Positions 15,262-29,370 of a stretch of 64,000 nt of DNA are shown one piece after another (position 1 is the stretch's first letter; every line of letters starts with the position of its first letter). A program made the translations under genes and the position numbers. The DNA comes from Tubulanus polymorphus (lineage: Eukaryota > Animalia > Nemertea): positions 9,858,001 through 9,922,000 of the forward strand of contig NC_134028.1 of the NCBI RefSeq assembly GCF_964204645.1. Reading direction: 5' to 3'. The notes beneath the pieces are model-generated. The model did not search any database, was not told where the DNA came from, and worked only from the letters and a program-made list of their open reading frames with translations.

Positions 15262-16809
15262 TACCACTTGAACGATTAGGTAACTAACTAGAGTCGAACC
15301 ATCTTGATAAAGCGTAGTGAAACCAGGACTTTCGGCGCAGCCGAGTTCCGAGAACTCACCTGCTAGTCCCCTCAAGACACATCGCCCTCTCCCCACCGAT
15401 GACATTCATTCAACGCCAGAAGTGGTCACGTCAACGTAAAAAACAGAAACAGATCAGTTTGATAAAGTATTTTCTACAAATACGGACATCATTATAACGC
15501 ACGTTACACGTTACGGCCCCGAGTTTGCCTTGCTCTGTCTTTCCGAGATCTCGGGAATGGTGGTCAGTAGCCCCATAAGTCTCCTCTTAATGAATCCGTC
15601 AATCTGGCGTCTGACCGGGCTTCCAGGGATTGACCTTACCCACAGCAAAAATAAAGGCTGATCCCTAAACAAGACTGTCCAACGCGGGACAATGAAGTGG
15701 CAGGGACGTGTTGGGTAGGCCTATAGCTGGCCAAAATTTGAAGACCATGTTCGTTTCGTGCCCAATGGGGCAGTCATTGTGGGGTCCCGAATCATTGGTG
15801 TTAAAAATATATCCTGAAAGGTATTCCGAGAGGATGGTGTCAAATTTGCAGGTTATATCTATTGACAAAAAGAGCAACCTCGGGAAGGCACGGGTCTTGT
15901 TCACATAGAACCTTAACGCCTAGTGTCTGATGTACCACAGCTGGTTACTCTAGGATTGTACAGCGACGAAGATCACTGTGGAGACAGCCAGGACTAGGTG
16001 AAGGGTCTTGATTCCGTAAACCATCCCCTTAAATCAACCAGTGTCTCGTAATTCATGCAGATATAGCAATTTGACTAACTCGAAATGGAATTATTAGAAT
16101 TGACCTCGAAGGTTTGCGTTAGGAGTGTGGACTAGCCATGATCCTCAACCAAAACTATGTACTCGGCGGGTTGAAATTGTAATTCCGTTGTGGTGTATTC
16201 TTGGTTGAAACTAAGGCACCAAGTCTTTCAGAATCCGTAGAGACCTATCATAATCTGCCCATGAATCCGGCATTTCTTGAAAATCAGATGGTTTTTTTCT
16301 CTTAATCATAATTTTGAGAAACGGGGTAAAGTCTCGAACTAGCCTTTACTCTATTCACTTGGTACTCCAATCAAAATAATTTTTGACCCAGGAATGTTAG
16401 CTATAAAGTTCAAGAACACTGAATTAGATTTAATAAACCTCGAGTTTTATTATAGAAATGCAAAAAATAAAATTGCAAAATATGACAAGTTTTATTAAAC
16501 ACAAGGCCCATTTAAGTTATAGGCCTACAAGGCGAGGTATCTTTGTCTGTTGACTTGTGAAAATAAGACCCATCCCAGTTTTTACAGCATCAATTCAGAT
16601 ACCTCGGAGAGAATTCATTGTAGTCCCACGAGATCCAACGAAAGCAGTACTAAACAAAAATGGTCCAAAATATAATCTGACTCATACAAGAATTTGGCAT
16701 GTAAATCTAACTTAAGCAGACTCGACTGGTAGAATTGAGCACCAATTATTTATAAAAAATGCGTATAAACTTTATATTGTATTTTTTTCAGGAATTGAAA
16801 GGTCCGAAT

Positions 16810-17039
16810 TCAGCTCCAATCACTATGAACAGATCTATCATTTTCTGCATCGTCCATTTGTCCATCAACAACTGGAAGTATAAATCTTTTCCAGATCCGG
16901 AATTTCACAGTAAACTCTTCAGCATGTTCAGCAGAAGGGATATATTCATAATATCCGTCATCAGCATTGTCATCTTTCTGTAGTTCTGAATTCGGATGCC
17001 AAGTGTCTCTGAGTATGAACTCATCGTAGATATCATCAT
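16810..17039 (-). CDS. Leucine-rich-repeat protein, last coding exon (acidic C-terminus)
   Basis: Acceptor ttttttatag|AT, phase 1, compatible with the previous exon. Open to TGA at 16810 (DDDIYDEF...VDGQMDDAE...DWS*). AATAAA signals downstream at ~16445 and ~16492. Confidence 0.7.
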
Positions 17040-17183
17040 CTATAAAAAACGAAAATTATTGGATTTTAGAACGAATATTGTTTCATTTCAGTTCAAATGT
17101 CAAATCTTAAATGAAGAGATGTGAGACAGGGTGTAAGATCAAAGGGCCAGCTGTTGACACAAAATGAATTTAGTTAGGCTAAA

Positions 17184-18910
17184 AACTAGGGGTCTAGGGA
17201 CACCATGCCCACTTGGGAAGTGGTTTCAAATGCTCAGCAATGTGGCAATTGCAATATTCAACAGCCTCTGGTGAACATATACTGAAACCAATGATCTTGA
17301 AACTCACCATAATAATAGAACATGTCATGTGCTACAATTTTGCAATTGATTGTGGTTACAAAATATGCCTATGTACCAATATAATATGAAAATACTGTGT
17401 TATTCAGCTATTCAACACCTCCTGGTGACCATACGGGTATACAAAAGCCAATGACCTTGAAACTCACCATAGTCATCAGGGCCGGCGGAACCGGTACGGC
17501 CAGTACAGCCATGGCCAGACCAATAATTTTGCCAATGATGTTTCAAAATTTGTGTAATAAAATTCATGTCGCACTGACGACCACAGGTCTATCTATGTAG
17601 TTTTTGTTTTTTGTGTAAACATAGGCTGGGCCGAGTGCCGTCGTCGTTGATGACATCATCAACGATGTTGTACACCGGGATCTAACAAGTATACCGGGTA
17701 CCAGTCTAGTAAAAAGCCATGCGGTGGTCATGCTATTTTTGCACGAAAACTATGCCGATGGTGGCCATGACAATTAATATTCATGATGCGTGGCTGTAGA
17801 ACCGGCAAATTTTTACCTCGAAAATTTTCGGTGCATGGGATGCCGTTATTGGGTTTTTTTTGGAAATGAAACAAAATTGTTCACGCAATTATTAATTGCG
17901 ACGAACCAGAGCGCACTATGCACTTCTGCCTATTAGGTACCGTTGGGAATGGCCGTACCAATAGTTTATACCTTCTGCTGGCCCTGAGTCATAGAACATG
18001 TCACACACAAGCTGCAATATTGCAATTCACTGTGGTTATAAAATATGCCTGGGTACCAATACAATATGAAAATACAGGGCCGTCGGAACGGGCGCGGCAG
18101 GGACAGCTATAGCCGCCCAATTTTTTGCTTAACAAAGATTGAAAACAGCAGCTTGTCGTTCTCTGTACTAGGTGGTTGGCTCACGACTTCTCATGCTTCT
18201 GTGAATGAGACCGTGAAATGGCCCCAAAACGCATCTCCGGCGATTGAATTTTCAAAATTTTTCAGGGGGAGGGCCCAAGACCCCCCCTTCAGAAATATGC
18301 CTTGCCACTGAAAAATTCCTTCCGATGGCTCTGGATACTAAGTTACCCGGCTATTTAATGCCCCCTGGTGACCATATACAACAACTGATGACCAGGAAAC
18401 TCTACAAAATCATATACAAAACCAATGACCTTGAAACTCAGAACACAATCATACGACATATCTTTTGCTTAAACTTTGCTGCAATTTTTCTCCAAAAACC
18501 TTTTTATATCTACAAATGAGGAGTGATGACTCCAAGATCCAAATGTGTCACACTTGACTGAAGAATATGTCTGATATGTTTAAGAGCCTTTCATAAAGTA
18601 TAACCATCACAAATTTCGATGAAAAATGGCAAACCATTCGGAAGCTACCAGTCTAAAAAATCAGGACAAAGACGGCCATCTTGTGTCCAATCGACTCAAT
18701 TTTTCTCATGCTGATAAACCATGGGGATACAAACATGTGAAAGATCAAGATAATTGATCGAAGATTTTTCAAAATTTTCTTTGAAAACTTCACAAATGTG
18801 TATTAAGTACTGATTTTGGCGAACAACAATGACTGCCAGTTTGCCATCTTGATTCTGATCAGGCCAGTTTTCCGGCAGAAGATATATCTAGGGTAGATAC
18901 ATGTATAAAC
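17184..18910 (+). mobile_element. HINE/Helentron-like element (family A), decayed, carrying two nested CAGGGCC-terminated MITEs (17486-17985 and ~18076-18333)
   Basis: Starts AACTAGGGGTCTAGGGACACCATGCCCACTTGGGAAG and contains ~160-bp internal repeats. Inserts have CAGGGCCGGCGGAA / TTCTGCTGGCCCTG ends. Confidence 0.65.
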
Positions 18911-19192
18911 CAAAAATAAAGATAATCCACCGAAGCGTAGGCAGGGAGCTGGCAGGAACAAATCTCTGAGATCAATCTCTCCCTTGGTATTAATGATTTG
19001 AATGCGGAGTAGATTTGAATTTTCTGAAATTTACCCAACGAAAACAAAATTGAATTAGATTTGATGTTTTATTTTTTTCAATAAAGTAAAATTGAATTGG
19101 ATTTGATATTTTTTTGTAGATTAAAATTTGATTGAATCTGCAGATCGAGCATATGGCTAATTAGCATATCAAGGCCATCAATGCGATTTGAG

Positions 19193-22153
19193 AACTAGGG
19201 GTCCAGGGACACCATGCCCACTTGGGAAGTGGTTTCAAATGTCCAACAATCTAAATTTCAATATTCAACGACCCCTGGTGACCATATACAAAAACCAATG
19301 AACTTGAAACTCACCACAATCGTAGAACATGTCAGCAGCTACGATTTTGTAATTGATTGTGATAAGAAAATAGGCCTTGTTACCAATTTAATATGGAAAT
19401 ACTAAGTTATTCTACTATTCAACATCCCCTGGTGACCATATTCAAAACCCAATCACCTTGAAACTCACCACAATCATAAAACATGTCATGAACTACAACT
19501 TTGCAATAGATCATGATAACAAAATATGTTTAGGTAATAACATATTGACAAAATACTAAGTTATTCTACTATTCAACACCCCCTGGTGACCATATAGAAT
19601 AACTAATGTCCTTAAAACTCACCACAATCATAGATGATATCATGATCTACATAGATGATGTCATGATCTACAAATTTTGCAATTGATTGTGATAACAAAA
19701 TATGCATTGGTACAATTGTAATATAGAAATATAGCTGCATAGCAGCGATATGGGTCTCTGGCTCTCTGCCTAACTGGTTTTATACAGTGGAACCTCGTTC
19801 TAACGACCTCGGAACTTAAGAACCATCGCTTGTTACGTACGAAAAAAAAATCCCCGTCCAAATCCTTCTCATTTACAGTAACATTTCATCGGAAAAAACG
19901 ACCCCTTTTCGAACTTTCGGTTATAACGACCTTAGTTTTAGAGTCCTATTACATATTTTCATCGGTTCTTACGATCGCCAAGCCACAATCAATCACACTT
20001 GTTTATTTATTGTCAGTTTAAAACCGAGACAGTGTTGATTTATTTATCTTAGATTAGCGATACAGATTAACAATGTGTTGCTGGCTGCTACAATTTGTAG
20101 TACGGTAGTTGGTCATTGTTTCAGCCTGTTTTACAGTGATATATATGCACTTCGCAAAACGATCATCAGAGAAATTGAAAAAGGGACTAAACGCTCTGAA
20201 GTTTTAAAATTGTTTTGATGTGTTAACCGACATTGCGTTGTTATATTCATTTCCTTGATCTCGTTCCATCACATCCCCTGGGGGGGGGGACTCATGTGTC
20301 CAACACATGTATTTGCAACTCAATGTTAACAGAGAGCATATCTGAATTTGGTCTAAATTTATATTTTATTTCATAGTTTACAGTTGTCAATAAGCGATTT
20401 ATTTGCTGACAGTATTCTTACTTAAAAAGTAGGCCTACTTCAATGAAACCAGTTGGTTTGTGTTTCCTTACACCATACTCAATGAACATTAATTTACTTC
20501 AATCACAAAGAGGGAATTAAAGGTAACGAAATTATTGCATTGCCGGGATTTGAACATGATGTGGCATCAACTGAGTCGACGTCTTTGAAGCGATTTAGGT
20601 AATGTTGAGTTAATCTGCCAAACGGAAGATATACTGGCGGTACAAAATGGCAATGATAGATGAAACAGAAACGGGAAATGACGGATCGGGACTTATATCA
20701 GTCTGATTGCGTGATTTGCGAAAACAAAATGGCGGCTTTTTGAATCGCTCATATATGAATCAGATAGAACTGAGTCCGAACTGATGTGAGACTATATCCG
20801 TGATTTACAGTTGAGTTGACGCTCCAGGTCATCCGGTAATTTTAGGCTTTTCGGGGAGCACTTTATCAATATATGTAAATTTTTTGTGACATTCTTATCG
20901 CTGTTTAGACCCAGTAATTACGCGGGATTAATTCATATTAAATTACTATATCAAAATTCGAAATGGTCAGGCGCCGAGTTATATTTCTGTCAGAATTGAA
21001 AATTACGTTTATTAGCTGTTAGTGGTCGAATCTGAGAGGAGTTACATTTTATGTAAAACTTTTAGCTGGTAAGTCGAAAATTTATAATAATAATGATCAA
21101 CAGAATTACAAGAGGGTTTCTATGAAAGCAGCAGAAACCCTAAATACTAAGATATTGTATTATTCAATGCCCCCTAGTGGCCATATACAAAAACCAATGA
21201 CCTTGAAACTCACGACAATCATGGAACACGTTATAAGCTACAACTTTCTCATTCATTGAGGTAACAAAATATGCCTAGGTATCAATATAATGTCGAAAAA
21301 CTTTTTTCCACCTATGAATGAGTACTGATGACACCAAGATGGCCACCAATTGCGTCATAATTGGCTGATCAAAAATACCAGAGTGGCAGAGTGGGTTTAT
21401 GTCGGTTTCGGTTGATACTTAGTCTGTTTTCGATTATAGAGGGTGCCACTCTGTAAAATGTCCTCTTAGAAAGAAGAGGCATTCCTGACGTTCGTGAAAT
21501 AAACTCTTGTATTATTAGTTTACATTCTCTCTGTCTTTTAGAATTCTTTGGAATCAGCTGATTTCCGGTAGTGAACTCTGAGGTTCGGGACCACCCGTGG
21601 TATATCCCACCACTACGTCAGACCTCACACGGATCGTGAGAAGAAAAACACTGTGATACCTGCCTAAGGTATAAAACATCCCTTTCCAAAGAATACCCAT
21701 CAGCAATTGCAATGAGAAATGGTAAACCAGTAGGTAGCTACAGGACTCAGAATTCGGGCAAAAATTGACATTTTTGGGCACTAAAAAGGTCAAAGGATGG
21801 CTCTCTTGAGTTCGATTAACCTAATTTTTGTTACGCTGATGGGCCATGGGGGGATTCAATTATATACGAAAGATCAAGGTATCGATAAAAACGTCTTCAA
21901 AATTTCCCTCAAAAAGTGCAAAAACGTGTAAAAAGTGCTGACTTTGACGAACAACAATGGCTGTCAGTCGGCCATCTTGATTCTGACAGGGCCAGTTTTT
22001 GGGCTGAAGATGTGTCTAGGGTAGATACATGTGTAACCCAAATATCAAGACATTACATTGAGGTGTCTTCAAAACTTCCCAAAATAACTGGATTCTGTCT
22101 ACGGACGGATGGACGGACGATAAGTCTAGACTAAAGTCCCAAGTGGGCTAAAA
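19193..22153 (+). mobile_element. HINE/Helentron-like element (family A), interrupted by insertions
   Basis: Same 5' end, internal repeats, (ACGG)n and 3' GTCCCAAGTGGGCTAAAA as 22431-23655. Insertions at ~19730-21140 (including a CAGTGGAACCTCG pogo-type end) and ~21380-21655. Confidence 0.7.
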
Positions 22154-22430
22154 AGCTATTTTTCCCGGACTTCGCATAATTGTCAAAGATTTCTGTAGTG
22201 CAAATAACAAGAGGCCCACAGGCCTTGTACCTTCATGACGCAGTAGAAGAAGAAGGATTCAGTATTCAAAGTTTTACAGAAAGATTTAAATTGTCACGAT
22301 GTAGGCCTAATAAGTTTTAAAATAGTTAAGATGGTATAGGCTGTGTGGTGATAATGTTCATTTTCTGTCAATATATCCTTACATGAAAAGACAAGCCCAT
22401 TTTAGCTGCACCAAAGATCACACTACATGA

Positions 22431-23655
22431 AACTAGGGGTCCAGGGACACCATGCCCACTTGGGAAGTGGTTCCAAATGCTCAACAATCTAACAATTTCA
22501 ATATTCAACGCCCCTGGTGACCATATACAGAATCCAATGACCTTGAAACTCACCACAATCATAGAACATGTCAGCAGCTACGATTTTGTAATTGATTGTG
22601 ATAACAAAATATGCCTCGTTACCACTATAATATGGAAATACTAAGTTATTCTACTATTCAACGCCCCCTGGCGACCATATTCTAAACCCAATGACCTTGA
22701 AACTCACCACAATCATAGAACATGTCACGAACTATAACTTTGTAATTGATCATGGTAACAAAATATGCCTAGGTAACAATATAATAAGGAAATAATAAGT
22801 TGTTCTACTATTCAACGCCCCCTGGTGACCATATAGAATAACTAATGGCCTTAAAACTTGCCACAATCATAAATGATGTCATGAGCTACAACTTTGCAAT
22901 TGATTGTGGTTACAAAATATGCATTGATACGAATATAATATAGAAATACTAAGATATTGCATTATTCAACGCCCCCTGGTGGCCATATACAAAAACCAAT
23001 GACCTTGAAACTCACCACAATTATAGAACACGTTATGAGCTACAACTTTCTAAATGATTGTGGTAGCAAAATACGCTTAGGTATCAATATAATGTGGAAA
23101 AACTTTTTCCCACTTACGAACGAGTACTGCTGACACCAAGATGGCCGCCAATTGCGTCATAATTGGCTGATGAAAAATACCTGTATCAGGTATAAAACAT
23201 CCCTTTCCAAAGAATACCCATCACAAATTGCAATGAGAAATGATAAACCAGTAGGAAGCTACAGGACTCAGAATTTGGGCCATCTTGAGTCCGACCGACC
23301 CAATTTTTGTTATGCTGATGGGCCCTGGGGGAATTCACATATATCCGAAAGGTCAAGGTAATTGATCAAAGCGTCTTAAAAATTTCCCTCAAAAAGTTCA
23401 AAATGTGTAAAAAGTGCTGATTTTGGCGAACAACAATGGCTGCCAGTCGGCCATCTTGAATCTGACAGGGCCAGTTTTTGGGCTGAAGATGTGTCTAGGG
23501 TAGATACATGTGTAACCCAAATATCAAGACATTACCTTGAAGCGTCTTCAAAACTTCCCAAAATAACTGGATTCCATCTACGGACGGACGGACGGACGAC
23601 GGACGAAAAGTGAACGCAATAGCCCGCTGGGACTAAAGTCCCAAGTGGGCTAAAA
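22431..23655 (+). mobile_element. Non-autonomous Helentron/HINE (DINE-1/pearl-like) element, family A, full length
   Basis: Subterminal IR GCCCACTTGGGA ... TCCCAAGTGGGC, about four ~160-bp tandem units, (GGAC)n microsatellite, terminal hairpin GCCCGCTGGGAC-TAAA-GTCCCAAGTGGGC, A-rich flanks and no TSD. Confidence 0.8.
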
Positions 23656-25284
23656 AGCATCAAGAATTGGTGTAGGCATCGTGCAGAAAAGAAATCCAAG
23701 ATGGATGGCAACCCTGGTGGCCATACTTGAACTCAATTTTCAATTAGGGGTAGACATCTCACCTGCCAAAATTCTTACACCTAGTATCATGAAAATGCAT
23801 CAAGAATTGCAGGCCATTCCGTGCTAGAAATTGGCTGAAGATGGCTGACTTGGCAGCCATATTTGAAAGCTGATGACTTCCATATACAAAAGGCATGGAC
23901 AGCTTACCTACCCTGACCCTCACACCAAATTTTGTGGAAATCCATCAATATTGCGGGCTGCATCGTGCAAACAAGAAATTCAAGATGGCCACCCCAATGG
24001 CAGCCATATTTGATCACCAATGACATTTTATTACAATAGCGGTGGACATCTCGCCAGACCCAATCTTCAAGCTAATTTTCAAAAAGATTTTTCATCACAA
24101 ATAACAGGCGAATTACTGTGTCGAATTCAATCCAATTCCAGAGGGCCTGGCTTAGGCCGATGCAATAGGAGTCAATTAAGATTCGACTTTTAGAAAAACC
24201 AGCACAGATGCCTTTTCAAATCACATGTAATTAAAAAATTCAGTGCTTCTTAGTTTGATGTCCCTGTTTTCGTCGCGCACGTGGTTAAAATTATTGTTTA
24301 CATTGAACGTCTTCAACAACTGATACAACTGCACCCGCATCTGTCAATCATCTTAATTGATTCATATACTAAAATTATACTAAAATGCTCACTATGAAAA
24401 AACTATGCGGGTGAATCAATCCGGAATTATACAGTAGAACGTCAGACACTAGGTACCTTTCTTTAAAGGTTTATTTGTTGTATGTCATTAACAATCAGTT
24501 ATATAATACTTTATTCATAACTTTGAAGCGAACGCTCAAGCAAGGTAACACGATAACACGAAACAGACCACGGTTTTCCCAGTTAAGAGCGTCTCTCCAC
24601 TTAAATTAGAGGGACTGTAATGGACCATTTGTTGACACTAACCTTTAATAAACTTCATATGGATACAATCAAGATAATTCCACCCTATAATTCCATTATT
24701 CAACTATCGACGTGCAGTTTAAACATGGCCCCGCCATTCAATACGCTAGTCACAATGAATCTCTACACACATCAAAATCTTAACTTCACTACATCATGAA
24801 GGTAAAAATATTTCATTATATCGGATTTAACAATTTGATTCAGGAAATGGTGCAGCCATGCTCAGACAACTTTGCCAAGGACATTGATCAACCTTGGATT
24901 GTAAATTCCAGGAATTCCTTGAAATATGTTCAAAATACAGTTTTTTTTAGGTATTAAATTGTACAAACACATAAATTTTCTTTTATCATTGTGGTTTACT
25001 AGCTGTTAATCATATTCCTGACAAACAATTTGTCCAGTAAAAAGTATTTACAACGACCTACCCCATTTTCAAAAGTATACCCCAAATATTCTTTCATCAA
25101 AAGAAAAAAAAATTCCCTACCAACCTACCCATTTTGGTGATGCCCCGCCCGAGAAACATAATTTCTTTTGGTGTGGCCTTATCCGACACATACGTTTTAC
25201 TGTAATAATTGATGATCTTTGTTTACAGTCACATGGTACTGGTCAATGCTTCCACATAAATCAATTATACATGTAAATGTTTAC

Positions 25285-25413
25285 CAAATGGATTTGCAGG
25301 CTCTATTTCATCTTCCCAGTTTTCCCCTCCAAATATAACTTGTTCTAATTCCTCTCTACTGTGTCCAGTTTCAATTCTGTTGACCATTTCATTCCAGTCT
25401 TCAGTCTCTGAAG
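25285..25413 (-). CDS. Leucine-rich-repeat protein, coding exon 6
   Basis: ttag|CT ... TTTG|gtaaac, phase 1 at both ends; encodes SETEDWNEM...ENWEDEIEPANPF. Confidence 0.7.
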
Positions 25414-26619
25414 CTAAGATAATATGTGGAGAACATTTAGCTAAGATAATATAAAACAATTACATGCCTAACCCATTAGCACTGAAGCCGCCCGAATCCG
25501 CCCTGGCACTTTTTTCGTATGCCGCACATACATATGCCACCCAGTTTGAGTGGGATTCGAACACAATAGTTTATGATCAACTAGACACCAAAGTCCTCAA
25601 AATACCGTACAGAAATCAACATCTTCCTATTTAAAATTCTCAAGTATTTGGAGTATGAACATGACAGATTTGAGTGGCGCTCACTTCAAATCCAAGTAAG
25701 TTTGGATGTATTTTTGGGGCCAGACAGACACAAAAATGGTGGCCCACCTCATCAAATCTTATATCATAGAAAAACCTTTTTTTATCTACTATGGAATAAC
25801 TTGTAATGCATGAAAATAAACCGCAAATGAACTATTCGGTATCATGATTAACTTGGATTTTGCCTTGAATTTTCTGAGGAGTAATTGACACTTCTAATGA
25901 AATTCCTGAGTGCTAATGGCTTAACATTTCGAAAACAAAATTTCTCATTCAAATCCCCAAAACTATGATCTTATGCAATTCAAGTATCTCCATATTATAC
26001 AATTTTCTATTCCGAAATCGATATGCGGGCCGCCATCATCAGTTTTTGTGTAATGGCGCATGTGCGTGATGACAAATGCAGCGCAAAGTGCACTGCGTTC
26101 CCCAAATAGGGAGCGTACTTTGTGCTGTGCCGAAAAATATCAACATGTTAGATATTTGACAAATTCCAAAATGCGCTGGAAAAATCACCTTGACACTAGC
26201 CGAAAACTGCGCTGCGTACTTTGCACTCAAGTGCTGCTACGAATGTATGCGTAGGTTGGCACTGGAGCTCAGCTGTTGAATAGACAGATAGCTGTTTGAA
26301 ATTGACCAATGGCCATTGAGAATGTAGGAGAGTTTGTTCACGGCCAAAAAGGAACTGTGTCATTCCCGTGTGACAGAGTGCAAATAGGAAGAATCAGGTA
26401 CAGATATACTCGTAGTGGCACTGGCGACAGAACCGAAAAATACGAGTATATTCGTAGCCGGCAGCGAACGTGTTAAGAAAGACTCACCAGCCAAGAGTAA
26501 TGAAAACTCCCTGCATAAATTAATCAGCTGGTGCTACACAGCAAATAGACTAAAACTACCCTCACTTACTACTTGTAACGCAGTTCCAAAATTTGAAAAT
26601 CTTTTCCCAAAATACTCAC

Positions 26620-26818
26620 ACTTAGTAACACTTTCGGATTCTTCAGTTCCACAATCTACTGATTCCAAATCGTCATCACGATTGTATTTAGAATATGCTA
26701 TGCGTCTACCATTGTTATTGTCATGTGAACGCCATAACGACACCGAATTTTTCATCGCCTCTGTTAATTTCATGATAGATTCATTATTCTTCCAGGGAAC
26801 CACATCTGCTTCAGTGTC
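26620..26818 (-). CDS. Leucine-rich-repeat protein, coding exon 5
   Basis: actag|GAC ... AAGT|gtgagt; phase 0 in, phase 1 out; open frame DTEADVVPWKNNE...SLWRSHD. Confidence 0.7.
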
Positions 26819-27484
26819 CTAGTAACAAACAAAAATTCCGGTAAATAATCGACTTAGAATCTTCATTCAAAATTGGCAAGGAAATTATCTTTGTCATGTT
26901 TGTTGAGAAAATCAATCCATTCTCTCAGTAATGAAACCAGCAGGGTGTTTATTATGGTAGGCTGACAGGGGAACTAGAACTCAGTCCAAGGGCACTAGAT
27001 TCCATTAATCAGTTTAACCACAGGGGCTGTGAATTTTAAAGATAATTGATCAACATATTTCCATTTAAAACTTAAAAAAATGAGCTAAAAATTCTGATTT
27101 TGGGTAACAATAATAGCCACCTTGATTCTGATTGGGCAAATCTAGGGTATGAGCATCATTCATGGAAGTGGTCATTCATAAGAAACTGGCTAAACGCTGT
27201 CCCACAGATTTTGCAACAAACTTGGACCCCAGAGACACCATGCCCACTTGAGAAGAGGTTTGTAATGCTCAACAATCTGACAATTTCAATATTCAACCCC
27301 CAGGGTGAACATATATATTGAAACCAATGACCTTAAAATTCACCACAATCATAGAACTTGTCATGAGCTACAATTTTGCTATCGATTGAGGTAGCAAAAT
27401 ATGCTTAGGTGCCAATATGATATATGGAAATATTAAGTTATTCAGCTATTCAAAGCCCCTGGTGAAAATGTACAAAAACCAATG

Positions 27485-27971
27485 TAGTCAGGGAGCCAAA
27501 CCAGTTTGACTAACACTTCATATTAATTTTTGGCAACACAAGAGTATCTGGGCTCTTCAAAAACCATTGTTGCCAACCTGGCAATCTCGGTACCTCACCA
27601 CCAACGCCCCCTAGTGGTCACTATAGGGGAATTTTTGTTAAAAATACACATTTTCAAATTATAACGTATTTTCATCAGTATTTCATGTGGATCATGCTCA
27701 TGTACTTTTTATTACGGAACATTGCATATTATAGGTTGAAATCTGGAAATATCTCGGCAAGATTCGTTGATATAATGAAGGAATTGGGATAATGAAACAC
27801 TATCTTCTCAAAATAGGTTTTTTTTCTCGGTTCTTCCATATTAAATATTACCTGCGTGCAAAACTAGGGCATGATCCACATGAATTTCTGATGAAAATAC
27901 GTTATAATTTGAAAATGTGTATTTTTAACAAAAATTTCCCAATAGTGAAACTGGGTTTGGCTCCCTGACTA
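27485..27971. mobile_element. Academ-like MITE inserted in a family-A HINE fragment
   Basis: TIR TAGTCAGGGAGCCAAACC / GGTTTGGCTCCCTGACTA with a 3-bp TSD (ATG at 27482-84 and 27972-74). Long internal inverted arms (~27625-27700 vs ~27870-27945). Confidence 0.7.
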
Positions 27972-28737
27972 ATGACCTGAAAGAGCAAATGTTGTCAAAA
28001 TAGAATATTGTGTAAAGGTTAATTTCAAATCTTTTAAATCGGCAATTTCAGCATGTGCTCACTGTTATTGTTTATGTAAGAAGGTGCGTGCTTCCGACGT
28101 CATCTCTGAAAAATGCTTGCTGCTGCCAGTCATTTCACTAGACATTCCATGCGATATTTTATCATTTTGGGAGTAATTTGAATTAACAAGCTCTTATTAT
28201 TGTATACAGTTGCTACCGTTGTATATGACATAATAGTATATAAGTAAATAGCGCTGTAGGTCTGCGAATACGGTGAACAAATGATGTTTATTTTATCGGT
28301 TATACATAGGCTACGCATACTAGCAAGTCTCTAGCAGATCTCGGGTCGTTATACGTATATATGCTTAAGTTTCTTCTGGTTAAGAAATCGCTGAAAGTTC
28401 AATTTTGACAGAATTTGCCCCTTAAAACTCACAATCATAGAACATCAACCTTGCAATAGACTGTTGTTGCAATATATGCATCCGTAGCAATATACATAGA
28501 CACATTTTACATAATTCATCATTCAACTCCCCTGGAGGCGAGAAACTAGGTAATCCCAATCAATTCCATGAGAATAGATGTACACGCTATGACAGTGCAA
28601 GTATCAAATATCAAGACTATAGACTAAAACCTGTTGATATTTTCCAAAAAACCCTTTCCCACCTACAAATGAGGACAGATGATAGGCCAATTGCCCATTA
28701 CGGCAAGAATGCAATGCAATGCCATTCAACTAATTAC

Positions 28738-28881
28738 CCGTCCTGAAGTTAATGTTTTGTAAACTGCTGAACCTATTGATTTTTTGCCTCTCCAGTTATT
28801 GGTCTGATTTGAATCTCGGTCCGCGTATTTGCAGGATACAAATCGATACGGTATCTCGTCGAACGGTATATCAAAATCATT
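28738..28881 (-). CDS. Leucine-rich-repeat protein, coding exon 4
   Basis: ttgtag|AAT ... CGG|gtaatt, 144 nt, phase 0; NDFDIPFDEIP (end of the last LRR) ... NNWRGKK. Confidence 0.75.
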
Positions 28882-28960
28882 CTACAAATCAAACAAGATC
28901 ATGTCATCAAAAAATACAAGGAAAACATCTCAATTTGGGAGAAAGGGTAGAATTTATTAC

Positions 28961-29092
28961 CTCAGTAAGATCCAGGGCTGTAAGTTTTGTTAATTTATGC
29001 AGGAAATCCGGAATCACAGTTAAGCAATTGTTGAATAAATCTAAATTAACAAGGTTAATTAATTCACAAAACGAATCTGGTAATTCGGCTAA
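28961..29092 (-). CDS. Leucine-rich-repeat protein, coding exon 3
   Basis: tacag|TTA ... GAG|gtaat; LAELPDSFCELINLVNLDLFNNCLTVIPDFLHKLTKLTALDLTE (two LRRs). Confidence 0.88.
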
Positions 29093-29370
29093 CTGTAAAT
29101 ATAAACAATGAATAAACAATAAACTACATTTAACTACTGGAACAGTTCAGGACTGGACATATTGGAATTATTTACTAGCATGGCCACACTTCGTATACAT
29201 TCACAATGTAAAGGATATAGTATGGATTTCAATTATTACAGCTGTTAGGGTAGGCCTAAATAAGTCACAATAAAACTATTTGATAGAATATGGTGAAGTT
29301 GTATGATATTGTCGCGTTGAAGCTGGAGGAAGCGTCCCAATTGAGCGTCCCAATTGAGTGTACAACAGAA

